Origin: Schizochytrium sp. TIO01
Lineage: Eukaryota > Protista > Bigyra: Labyrinthulomycetes
Length of the DNA stretch: 64,000 nt
NCBI GenBank assembly: GCA_004764695.1
Contig: SMSO01000035.1
Coordinates: forward strand, 2,418,001 to 2,482,000
Direction of reading: 5' to 3'
The translations under genes were made by a program, and so were the position numbers. Below are positions 24,301-36,700 of the stretch, piece by piece; position 1 is the first letter of the stretch, and each line of letters begins with the position of its first letter. A model generated the notes under the pieces. The model made no database searches, was not told the origin of the DNA, and was given only the letters and a program-made list of their open reading frames with translations.

Positions 24301-27274
24301 CTATGCCTTTTGCTGCACAAAGATTTGTCCCCAACTCAACATCCGCACGAGGGCCCCGACTTCACACAGCGAGCAGAGTGCGTAGGGACCTGCCATAATC
24401 ATCGCAGACAGGTTCACGGGTCATAAGCCGACGGCGAGTCAGTTTAAAGTATCATAAGTATGAAAGATTAGAAAAGCCTATATGCAGGCCTATCTAGAGG
24501 CTCAAGAGAAGTTGTAGCACTAAAGCCTTTTCTTTTAGAAAAAGTGAATTTTTAACAGTATTAAAAATTTGTATATATTATATATATAGGCTGATATATA
24601 TTCTCTCAAAGTTTCATAGACGAATTTTAGAAGTCTTGGTAAGAAAGCAAATGCAAAAGGAAATTTACAAATATTCCGGGCTCCTCAATGTTTGAAGAGA
24701 AGACTAACTTGAAGTAACATCAAGATAAGACAAACCAGAAAGACTTGGTAGGTGTCAACCTCTAATCGTATTAAGCAATACGTTAACCAGGTAACCAACC
24801 AGATATAGTGAAGCAAAAAGATTAGAAAAAACAAACTTTAGCGAGAGATTTGCACATGATTTCAAAAGTTGCTCTTCAAGGTAGATTCTTTGAGGATAAA
24901 TATTTAGCGGGAAGACGATAATAAGAAGAAGACTATACGTACGGATTAAATGCTCGTCAAAAAATATTCTTTATTCCCAAGTTTTGCACTCTGTCCAGTC
25001 CACACTCAATCGGATCAGTAGATCAAGCTCCAATGGCTCTTTAAACCAAAAGAGCAAAGTATTCTTCTGCAATATAAACAATTTAAATACTAGAAACACT
25101 ACAATACGCACTTATACTCACACATGCGTCCTCGGTGGTGCGGGTTGCGCAGGTAGTGGAGGTTTACTTGGCAAGGAACTACCTTGTGGTTACTTACCAA
25201 AGAAGCTGCAAAAAAAGTAAATTTCCTAGCAGCACGAACAACCGACGAACCTATTTAAGCCATGGAAATTCATTTGGAGGCAGTGCAATGTGCTGCTTGT
25301 GTTGGATGCGCAGTCGCCAGAGCAAGCTTACCAAATTATTCAGGACTGATAATAAAGAAAATATTGTATAGCTAATAGGAAGTTATGCCTTCTTTCTTTA
25401 TTGAAAATAAAAGTAATTATGTTTTTAGTTAAAAGAAGGAGTAAAAGAAAACACTTTAAAGAGCGTTAAACTAAACTAGAAGACGTAGCACTGGCATGCA
25501 AGATTTTCTAATCGAAACCAATTATCTAATTTACTGAATAAAATTGAAGGTTTAAGTTAGAGGCTTAGAAGGTACAGCTAAGCACGGTGATTCTTCGACA
25601 AGGTAAAATGAAAAGAAAGGATCTTTATTGTACTACTTCTTTTCCTCTTTCATCAGAGTGAAATGAATCGTAGACCTTGCTTGCTAAAGGGGTAAGTTTT
25701 ACCATGTATAAAGTAATGAGCACAACTTTTGCAAAAATAGGACAACTTCTGCAAAAAATCGTTCCTAAGAAAGCATCAAGAAATATGCATAGTAAATCTA
25801 AACTATGTTATTATCAGCGATATTTATGTGCGATAAGTCTGTTCTGACGCCTACTTCAACCGGAAGTTGACCTAGTACAGCATCTGCAAATTGCAAAACC
25901 GAGGCTGTCAATTCGAGACGAATTCAATCAATTAATTAATGACGAAAGTCGCTGTCTTCCTTTAAAAACTCGACACAACTTTTGTAAAACTAAGCTCCAT
26001 ACCCCGAGCAACCCAATAGGCTTGGACTAGTACCTTTAGACACGGAATTGTGAGAAAGGTGTGTAGGCTTTCGAATTCTTGTGATTTATATCATTCCTGC
26101 ATGCAAACAACGAATGACCAGCTCTTGTGCCACACGCGCTCATTGATTTTTTTCGACTGCAGTATAATTTAGCACACATTTCACCGTGCGTCATGTCATT
26201 GGGGAGCTATAATATTTGATGGAATTAAATTTCCTGCAGAACTATAGTTTCGCTCAAGAATTAAAACGCACATGATGAGTTGCTGAGATCAAGCTAATCA
26301 GAGATTGAGTTTAAGTAATTCCTTCTGTATTTGATCGGGGGGTTCTCCCTTTTCGCGGCTTGTTCGGAGTCTTAAGTTTATTTCCGGGATTCGAGTATGC
26401 AAAGGTTGGACTATCTGCCTGAACCTGATCAAAATCTTGCATTATAAGCTTACCTTCTCCTCGTGCTTAATGTACAAAGATTATCAAAAGCTAGCAGGAA
26501 CGTCTGCCAGCCCTAGCCAAGCCATTTCATTGCAGTTAAAAGAGCATTAGTTGAATACAGCAACGCCAAAAGTTTGAGCATAAGGATGTGCTTGAATTCA
26601 TGATTCCCTGAAACCCCGAAGAAAGTGTTTCTTTTGTCTCGCAGAATGAACATAATCACGGCAGTAGAACATGGCAAGCGAGGCCTCTCAAGCACTGGCA
26701 GTAGGTATCTAGGTAGACCTTTGTTTGTTTTTTTAGCGGCCGGACGGCAGTTGTCTAAACTAAGTGCCCAAGCTTCTGCCCTTTTAGGATCTCTGCAAGT
26801 GCCAGGACTAAGTGGTCAATCACGAATTCAGACAATCACGAGGAAAGAGGAATGTGTTCGATACTGCGCACAATAACTCCAAGCCAGACAATGAAATTTT
26901 GGTCCGCGAGGCCTGCCTGCCTGGGAGTCAGCTAAGGCAGCCTAACCAAATGGGAGTGACGATGATGCTCGCATTCAGAAAATCTACCAGTAGGTATAGA
27001 TAGTTGATGAGCTAATTAGCGGCATTTACATTCCTGCTTGTAAGTCCTTTCCTTCCCAGCTTGAGGCACCTAGTGGAAGGCCCTGGTAGAGCTGTGCTAG
27101 CGAGCCTACTGCCAGCTAAGGTACGGGGCGACTCTCTGATGGTGGATCTATCCACCTCAAACATTTGTCAGCCCCCTCCATCTCCCCCCTCCTTCCCTCT
27201 AAACAGGAGTTTATTGCAATTATGAAAATGCGATGAACGAACTTCCTTGCAACTGAGATCTTTGTTGCGTTGGT

Positions 27275-27378
27275 GTTTGTTTGTTTGTTTGTTTGTTTGT
27301 TTGTTTGTTTGTTTGTTTGTTTGTTTGTTTATTTCAAGTTGTGTCTTTATTTGTTTCAAGTTGTTTGTTTGTTTGTTT
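27275..27378. repeat. (GTTT) x14 plus a second short (GTTT) run
   Basis: Read directly from the sequence. Confidence 0.95.
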
Positions 27379-30300
27379 AAAATTATTTATTTGATCAGCA
27401 CCAGAATGGCGAATTTGCCTTGGTCTTGTTACTAGCTTGCTAACGTGTTGCCTGAATTCATCTCAGGAATACTACGAGATAATCTGTAAAGCATCACCTC
27501 GAGCAAACTTATCGTAATAGTCCTCAACCTTGACTAGGATCCTGATATACTACAATCTCTGCCAGGATTTTGCTATACGCTCTGCGTGTTTTACTTGCCG
27601 TGAAACAGCACACCAAGCAAAACAACATCTGCTAAATCATTACCATAAATTCTGAATTAATTATTTTTAATTATTTTTAATATATTTTATAGATTAAAAA
27701 TACAAAATAAAATAAATACAAAAAAACAACTAACAGACACTTATATATCATAAGAAATCTACATATGGAAAGAAAAGAAATGCTTTTTATCATCCTTATT
27801 AACACTGCCGCAACCAAGCGTCCTATAACTCGACTCTGCAAAAGCCTTCCGGATTGATTAAATTCTTTCCGGACATTATTTTTGTCTCATGTAACTCTCA
27901 ATTAAGTTAACAATACCAAATTGCTCGCAATCCTCCTGCTAACCGAGAGAAAACAATATTTTTAAAGATAAAAAAGAGAACTGTGTCTCTCTTAGACTCT
28001 CGCTGACCTCCTCGAAGTAGACGTTGCCAGGCCAAAGACAGCCGCTGCACAAACTAGCACTGTCTATCTCGGACTGCTCGGCAGGTGCTCGCTGGAGTGC
28101 GAACAGCTTCGGTTAAAGAATCGTGAACCGGTGGGAGAGGAAAAGGTTGCTCTTTGAAGGCGACTTGTGCTGGCGTAGGTACCTATTGTCTCGCTGGTTA
28201 AGGCAGTCTCACGAACAAAGTAAGGACCTCTAGAGACACTCATAAGCAACTAACTGTTCAATCGTTTGTATTTCTCGTTCTTATTTATTATCTGAACAAA
28301 CAAATATAATCATTAGGTGAAGAAACGAGAGCTTTTGTTGACGCTTTGAACAGCTTGTTGGGAGAATAGTTGCACTTTAGCAGAATCGGGATCCTCTAGC
28401 AGGGTGAGGATCTTCGCCGTAAGGGTGCAGACGTCATTTCAGGTTTCTAACCAGAGACTGATGACAACTATCTGTCTGTAGTTTTTGCCGTGATAACAGA
28501 TCTAGGATCGAAGAGCTTCTTTTAGGCTAACCATGATTTCCCAAGTTAAAAAAACAAAACTAGCAGGGAAAAACAACAAAATAAACCTATATGACTATAG
28601 GCAGTTACTATGCATAAAAGAGATTCACGGCATATTTGTGTCGGCGGAGGGAGTAAGCAATGCTAGAGGATGGGACTTTCGGAAGTGCGAACAAGGGTCG
28701 AGAACAATCTTTTGAAGTAAAATCACTCTTCTCTGCTCGCACGTCCTTTGCTACTTGGCTAGAAAAAGAATCAAGAGTGTGGCTCCTAAGCATTCTGATG
28801 AGCTGGAGCGACTTTCACTAAATAATTACAAAAAATAAAAGAACAAAATTTGAGCCCTAGGTGTGGCGGCATTCCAGTTCTCTAGACCACATCAGTAAGG
28901 GTGTTTGATTTTTTATTCGAAAGGCTACGAAATAAAACTTAACCTGGAAAAAGTAGTTCTAAGACTCATTTATCAGAGCAGTAAAAGTTATTCCAAGCTG
29001 ACAGACAAATAAGTGTTCCTTATAAAACAGGGAGCAAGCATCAACCCCTGGTGACGGTACTAGTTAAAGAAGATTAATTTTTTAATAAAGAAAAAAGATT
29101 AGAGAAACAAAACATTAAAATTATTTTAATAAGCAATTAAATTTGAATGTGCTACAAGTTGCGCAAAACATTGTCTTATGTGTTCTTTGTGCTGTTCACT
29201 TGCCGAGAGATGGTGCGAAAGGTTGCTGCCAAAGTGATCGTAGATGAGTAGAACAAGTCGACCTGCCAGCCCAGAATATTTATCCCCATGATAACCTAAA
29301 GCAAATGAGCAGTTCAATATAATGTTATCTATTTCATGATTTGATGCTCATGGCATTATTTCTTGGAGCACCCATTGTTTTATTCAGAAATGCTTTACAG
29401 CGTGATATCAAATGATTTGTGAAATGCCAAGGTGATGATCTTGCTCTTGCTTTGAAAGTTTTTTGCTATTATGAGCCATTGCAGAGGCGACAGACGCAGC
29501 CATGGTGCTGGCCAGCTTATACCACTAATTCCTCTTTCGGAAGTGCCTCCTCCGACAGAATGCCCTTAGCCAGCATACTTTGTCGGAAATCTCTCACTTT
29601 TCCTAATCTCTTGCACATTTTGCCTCGAATTGCTGCCATTCTATTTCCTACCACCATTTCCAGTTAGGCTTTTCAGTTTGGCAAGAAAACTTACGGCGAT
29701 GACTGTCAGTTTTTCAATCAAGTTTTCTTAACCTATTTGTTCACAGTACTAAAGTGGTGGTGCAACGTTTTAAAGAAGAAGTGAAGCAAGAAGGGAGGAG
29801 ACAAAGAGTACTACAATCTCTATAAGCAGAAGCGTTCCGAGCAGCAGTGCTGAGCTAGCTGGCTGGATGGCTGACTGGCAAACTGTAATATTCTTTTCTG
29901 CATCCGTTCTAGTCTTCTAGTCTCTATATCTATATCATAAGCGAGCAGCACTTGCCTCTAGCTCGCATGCCTTACCTTCTAAAGTTTTCATTCTAACATC
30001 TTGACATGAATAATTGATTTCCAAGTTCCTGCTTTTATGATGAAAACGAATGCATGACAATGTGAGGTTAGAAAATGTGAATGAGTCCGGAGAAGTCGTT
30101 GTAATAGTAATCCTCAATGAACATGTGCCTCGTCAAAGCCATCGAGAGTATAGTGAATAAATCGTTTTTATATGCAGATATTAATAAATGTTGACTTTCT
30201 ACTTCTGCGTGAGGATAGGCCAACAATGAATCTAGTTTGAAATTCAAAAGTTATTGCGGAGAGAACTGCATATATAAATTAATAACTATATTTATAATAC

Positions 30301-32748
30301 AAACATCAGGGATGACGATATTTATGATATGCAGATGCAGATGCAGGATTTCTTTGGATTAAATGCAAGGTCACTGCAGTGAATGCTCATGCAATGCCGA
30401 AAATAAAATGATGATGAATTTAGAATGATTAAATTTAACCCTAATGAAGAAAATCATTTATTGGCCTGCTGCAATGCTTTATGCTACCGCAGATCTGGAT
30501 GAAGAGAGATGTAAGCCGCATTACGATTCCTGCATTTACTATTCGAAATATGCTTCAAGTGTCCACGATCATCTGATACGAAAGTGGAGGAAACGGTTCG
30601 AGCCGTTCTGAATCTCTTCCTTTTTGTTAGCCAATTGTACGCCAATGAAATGCTGGAAGTGCTGCTTTAAGCCTAAATAAGGACTTATTCCAATCTCATC
30701 GCATGCTGATTGCGCAGCACTTGTTCATCATTCGCCTCAGACTTCGGCACCTTGAAGAAAAGGTGAATAGATTTAATTAAAAAACCAGTTTCCTATCCTA
30801 ACAAGTAAGTGCGCGCTACTTGAAATGAAGAGTCCAATTTTCCTGGTGGCTCTTGGCCCGCTCACGCGGCCCGTGAGTTTTCCTTTATGCATCTAGCTTC
30901 GCTTACCCCACGGAAATACCTCTTAGCATCCCTAAGGGTGGCTACTAAGTCGATAACAGAACAGGTGCAAAATGGAATGTCTAGCTAGCGCTCAAGTTGT
31001 TGTGCCAGTCTGCTCGACCAATTTGCAGCGCAAGCCGAATTGTCAGTGCTTATCAATGAATGATACCTCTCTGTAGAAAGAGACGGCCCTGGAGCTGCCA
31101 CGGATTTCGCGAATGAAACTAATGATCTTTTAGTAAGGAACAAAAGAGCTCCCGAGCGGGCCAAAACAAGCGACTTCCAAGTCGCGTACGCTTCTCTGAT
31201 CTGGCACGGGATTTCTAAAACTATGCAGTAGTACCCAGCCAGAAAACAGTACACCAGTGTTCTTGTTCTTTAGCCTGTACCAAAGAAGAATAGAACGTAA
31301 GCAGGGGTCCCCAAGATTACCTGACATCATGTCATCGGCGGTGGTGCTGCTTCTTTTGTTGAAGGTGCGCATTCTTTATATATAATGCTGTGGAGAAGTT
31401 ATTCGTGGAGAATTGGGGAGGCGTGATTTTAAGAGCAGGGCCACAGGACCAAGCTACATAAATGCCTCCTAGAAGGACGACGCAGCAGCTATTCTTTTAG
31501 TAGATGCGTCCCAGGCATTAAGGAGATGGAGATGCAACATGACTGGTTACGAAACCGAAGGAGGTTTCGGGATGTTTCGACATCATCTAAGATTCTGAAT
31601 GAATTTGAAGGTTTCGTCGTTACCGATTCCCAACAGTCAGTACTTCTGGCTAACTCTTCGTTGCTGAAGAAGTAGTAGCAAAACTTTGCACGTGCAGCAG
31701 CAAGAAGTGCAGGGCCGATGGCAACTCAGAGAAAGGAAATTGTAAGTTTCGTTTGAGACGAAGATGTTGAAATTGCCAGGAGCAAGATGCAAAAAGAGTG
31801 GTGGCGAATGACCGCATCTTGGCAAGTTTAAGATCCTTGAGGGGATATCTACTACCTACCTACTCCAAGTGGCATAGTCTATCTGCACGTGACGAGCGAC
31901 ATGGCTGGCGTTTAGGCTTGCAAGGGTGAAGCCGAGATTTTCGCTGAAGTGTTAGCCTCTGTCTAAGTTGAAGCAGCTATGGCTACAAGATCAAGCAGTT
32001 TGCACTATCGCTGCCACAACGAAGCCTGTGAAAGTGATCCTTCTCAGGGTGAGTCTTTGTGTTTTCATGAAAGTCAGTCATCTTCTTGAGACCTCTCCAC
32101 TTGGTGCTCTTTCCTCCACGAATTAAGCAACGAAATCACTTCATAAAAAACTTGAAAACTTGAGACAGAAAAGAACAACATCTACAACCTCGCAGTCAAG
32201 GTGTCCTTATTGGCGCAGTGGACAAGGAAAGAAGAGTTTTTATCAAGAGACAGGATGAAGAAAGACAGAAGAGTTGATAGATCATAAAAAAGGCCTTTGC
32301 AAATGATTTGTGTTCACGAGTAAGTAATTAATATATTCAGAGGGGGGTGAGCAGCGCCGGGCACAAGGAGATGCCGTGCGCACACTCGATGCAAAGGGCA
32401 TCATCAGTGTTCACAGGAGACAGCGATTCAGGTCGACAAATAGACACAGGATCCCAAAGTATTTAGGCGCGCCAATGATGACGCATGGTGCTTTGGAGGA
32501 GTAGGAAAGTGCTGGATTTTGTAATTCTTGGGGAGGAGCTCGATATTACGGGAGATCCTTTTTGCCAGTAGCAGGTTAAGCGTACAACCAGGCAGATAAG
32601 CCGAGTGTGACAGCAGCAGCAGCAACATATAAAGGTTTTCAGGTTGTGTAGTCCCTCTGGACTACATCTTTTTGTTGTTGTTGAATTTTGGTCAGCTAGA
32701 TCCAGCCTAAAGAAAGACTGGAGTCAAGATTGCTGCACACGAGGGCAC

Positions 32749-33774
32749 TTACATGTAGTCGTAGAGTTGGCTGCCCATCGTCATGTATTCGTTACCATAA
32801 GTATGGCGCGAGTACTTAGACTGAGGTGTGTCGAGGGGGAATGCCTTGCGCTTCTTGTCACCAAGCGGCTGAGCGTTTTTCATGGCTGCGATAACAGATG
32901 GCACTGGTGCGATGGCAGTTGCTTGAGCAGCAGCCTCCTCACCAAGAGCGACAACTTCGACGACCTCGTTATCAATGACAACCTTCTGCAGCTCACCCTT
33001 GGAATGAGCAATGCAGAGATCTCCAGAGCCACGTGCCGCAGAGTGGCAATCGTGAACAATGCACAAACGACGCCATTGACGACCATCCCAGCGCTTGGCA
33101 TCACCGTTCACGACATATACTACGCCCTTGACACGGTTCTCCTTCTTGGGAATCTCAGCGCATTCCATGACGTGTGCTTGCTTTGCGCGGTTGGACTTGA
33201 TTGTTGAGAGAACCCTGCCATAAGGCTTCGAGTTCTTGCGCTTGCGGCCATCCTTAGCTTGCTGGGAATAACCAGAGGACTCGGAGCCGCACTCGCTATG
33301 GTCTTCTGAGGAAGAGGAAGACAAAGTCGGTGCAATGCTTGAAACGTTTGCGCGCATCGCGTAAGGCTGGGAGATTTCAAGGTTTTTGATGCCGTTCTTA
33401 GGGCTGTGAGATTGGCCGTAGAGCATGTCCATGTTACCATCGGCCTGCGGTGTGGAAGGGGCAGTGCCAGCACCATCGGTCAGGTGGTCGTCGTTCTCGT
33501 GTGTGTTAAGATGACCCCAGTAGTGGTCAGGCTCCTCACAAGGCAAGGGAGCACCAGAGTACTGCTGTACAGTACTGTTGAGAAAGTCTACAGCAACGTC
33601 GTTGAAATCGTTGTTAAAAACGTTCAAGTCAAGCTCATCCTCAGCAGCAACCTGGTGCTGCTGCGGCAAGTACAGGGGAACGTGGGCATGCTGCTGCTGG
33701 TGCAATTGGTGCATCATGCTCGGCATGTGCTGGTGTTGTTGCCAGTTAGCGGCGGCTGAGTTGTAGGTCTCCAT
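32749..33774 (-). CDS. Putative zinc-finger transcription regulator, 341 aa. Q/H-rich and acidic N-terminus, basic NLS-like segments, and a GRQWRRLC + C-x4-C-x10-C-x2-H (WRKY19-like / Capicua-L-like) finger.
   Basis: Long intronless ORF with coding-like codon usage and start context CAAGATGG. Motif RRLCIVHDCHSAARGSGDLCIAH; basic patches RKRK and KKRK; low-complexity regions typical of activation domains. Confidence 0.85.
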   Translation of the reverse strand: METYNSAAANWQQHQHMPSMMHQLHQQQHAHVPLYLPQQHQVAAEDELDLNVFNNDFNDVAVDFLNSTVQQYSGAPLPCEEPDHYWGHLNTHENDDHLTDGAGTAPSTPQADGNMDMLYGQSHSPKNGIKNLEISQPYAMRANVSSIAPTLSSSSSEDHSECGSESSGYSQQAKDGRKRKNSKPYGRVLSTIKSNRAKQAHVMECAEIPKKENRVKGVVYVVNGDAKRWDGRQWRRLCIVHDCHSAARGSGDLCIAHSKGELQKVVIDNEVVEVVALGEEAAAQATAIAPVPSVIAAMKNAQPLGDKKRKAFPLDTPQSKYSRHTYGNEYMTMGSQLYDYM

Positions 33775-36700
33775 CTTGAATTTGATTGAGGTTTTGATGT
33801 GAAATGTGATGTGCGGTTTCTGAGCCTAAGTGCTCAAGACCTTTTTATTTCTCTTTGCAAGTGCTTTCCTTGCTTATTAAGTAAGGTCTGGCACGCTTCG
33901 AGGTTTCGGGTTTGCTGCTCCAAGATCGATTGCTCATCTTCTGCCATAAGACTAACTAACAATAGACAGGAGGCCTCCTTGTTTTTCCCTTTGCTCGGAG
34001 TTCTAGTTCTTAGTAAAAGCATACGCTTTCAATTTTCACCTAATTACTTAATTAATTAATTATTTTCAAACGGGCTCACACTGCTGTCACCAACAAATAA
34101 TTTTTATTCTATTTTTTAAAGTATAAATTTTCATGAGTGAGACAAGGAAGAAAGGAATTATTGTTTATACAGAATCGAAGAGTCGAGTCTCTATTATTCC
34201 TTTCTAGAGTAGTATACATCAGTGGTTACTCTGCCAAAGCTTCCACATTCAATCTGCTCTAACACACAGCCTTCAATTCTCTTCTTTTTCTTTGTGCTTC
34301 TCTTTCCACTGTAAAACAAAGTTCCTAACCTTTTTCTTCCTCTCTGTATTTTTCATTTAATTTCTCTTTTACTTGGATACCCAATGTTTAATTTGTATAT
34401 ATTCTTAAAATGGCTTCTTTATATAAGATCATCTTTAAATTGAAAAGTGAAGATCTTCTTTTTAATAATTTGGAAGAGCAGTTTTATTTAGATTAACCTT
34501 AGCTAGGTGTAGCAAGAAGATGCAAAGCAAATAATCTGCCTCTAATGAAATTATACAAGTATAGCACGTACATTTCTATTTAAAATGTGCACCATATTTC
34601 ATACTCCATGCTAGTGTTTAAAACTAAAAATACTAAAACAAAACTCCAATTTAGAGAAATGAGAGACTTAAAAACAATAATTAAAAAATTGTAAGCCTGC
34701 GAACTTTTAGAATAGAGATTCATGTAGAGACCTAGGAACAAGACACGCCACGCAAGCTTCTACAAGCCGGAGCAGGCGGAGGTTTGATAACTAAGACGCT
34801 TGCGGCTAAGCACACGAACGGCGGCTCTTGCGGTCAACTGGCTTTGATTTATTCGCTTGACTGATGCGTTTGGCTATCCCTTGCGCTGCTTCAATATTTT
34901 AATTAGAAGACACTTTATATTTTTGTTTCTGCAGTTTGCTTTAAAGAAAGAAATGTAAAATTTGCTTCGTCTATCAAAGGTGCAGTGTGTGATTCATTTT
35001 CGCTTTAATAGTCTAGCACTTATTTTTAAAAAAAAGAAAAGAAAAAGAAAAGAAAAAAAAAGTGTGGTATAATTTCGCACACTAACTAGCGGGGAAGAGG
35101 TATTTGAATAATGCGTTGATAAGAATTTTTTAACACATTTCTACGCAACATTGTTATTATGTATTATGTGCACGTGCTTGACATCTGCTTTTATCTATGG
35201 GTTTGTCTGGCTCTTATAATGGCTTAGGCTTAATCAACTATTGATGAATGAAATCATTGCACTACAATAGAATTCTAATCAGGAGAAAAGATCAGGAAGG
35301 TCTAATCTGATGTTCCTAGAGTCTTGGAAGCTAGATCAACTTTATATTTTGCATCAAAGAACGATGTTTTGTAAAAGTCTAAAAAGAGATCGATAAAATT
35401 GGAAGTTCTTGTTCTCTTGTCCAATTCGTATGAAGTCAGAAATACCAAATTATTTTGTTCTCTCATTCTTTTCACGATGAGAGGCGAATGAACCGACCTT
35501 TGAAAGAATGCTCAAAGACTTCGAGCCCAAGTAAAAAGTACTTACAGGAATCTGATCAATGTCTCAGAGACTCCTTTCTTGCCTTTGAGATTTGATTACT
35601 AGCAACCAAAAGCAGGTAGTAGTCATGGCAGATTAGGTAAAGTCAAGCGAATAAATGTGTGCGTAAAGGCGCGCATAAAACGAGGCGTGCGCTTCTTTTG
35701 ATTGGTTATTCTTGATCAGGCGCCAATCCATACAATCTCACAAAAGCCAAGCTACCTAAGGCTTAGCTGACTGACACAGAAGAAAGTTTATTCTTTTGTT
35801 TTTTTTTGTTATGGACAACAGGATCGGGGAATAGTACTGGGCTAGGTTAGCTAGATCATCTTTCGACGTCTTGAAGTTTCATTGGCCTTCACCGAATGGG
35901 CTGGGTGCGGTGATGCGAATGAGGCGAGTTCAACTATGAACTTTGTCCTGGTCTGTGATGGTCTTAACATCTGCGGCAAGTGCTGCGTTGAGATCCTGTC
36001 GGATAGAATACCAAATGTCTGGGAGCAGATGTGAATTAATTCATTACGCGTTCTATTGTTTTCTAAAGAACGAAAGAACTGCTTAGGGCGAACAACATGT
36101 GAGCAACAGGCCCTGCTAGTCTTGAAGACCCCGGAGAAACGCAGACAGCAGCTGCTCATTGTGGCCGTGATCTTGGCGCGCGTCGCTGCACAATCATTCA
36201 CTCACGCACATGCAGCATAGTCAGTGGTGCCCAGATTAACTTCGTGGACGCAGTCGTGTCTTGATTGCGGCACGGCGGTGAAGTCCAAGAGACCTCTAGA
36301 AACGCGAGCCACCTACTTATTATTATTTTTATAATGTTCGTAACAAGCGAACAAAGCGCCTGTCCGGAACCTGCGGCGCAAAATGTAATACGAGTATAAG
36401 ATGAGTGACTATACTACTTTCTTTTGGCCCGGAGAACCCTCGAAGCAAATATTTTTTTTTTTGCTACTTTAAAGTATTTTCAGATCGACAAAACCAAAGA
36501 AGAAGTTGGATAAATGTGCTTAGAATATAGGAGTGTTTTTCTGTTCTTATGCGTACCCCATACTTTAACCTAGCAATATTTGATTGAATAATTAAAAAGG
36601 CATGCTTGAAGATGAGATAGGAGTAGGTGCGAAATAGAGGAGGAGACGCCCTGAGGATCCTCGTTATGTTGGTTGATCACACTTAATCAATTGCCTAAAA

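Noticed and set aside
32644-33766. Plus-strand ORFs of 187, 117 and 62 aa
   Set aside because: Antisense shadows of the 341-aa gene.
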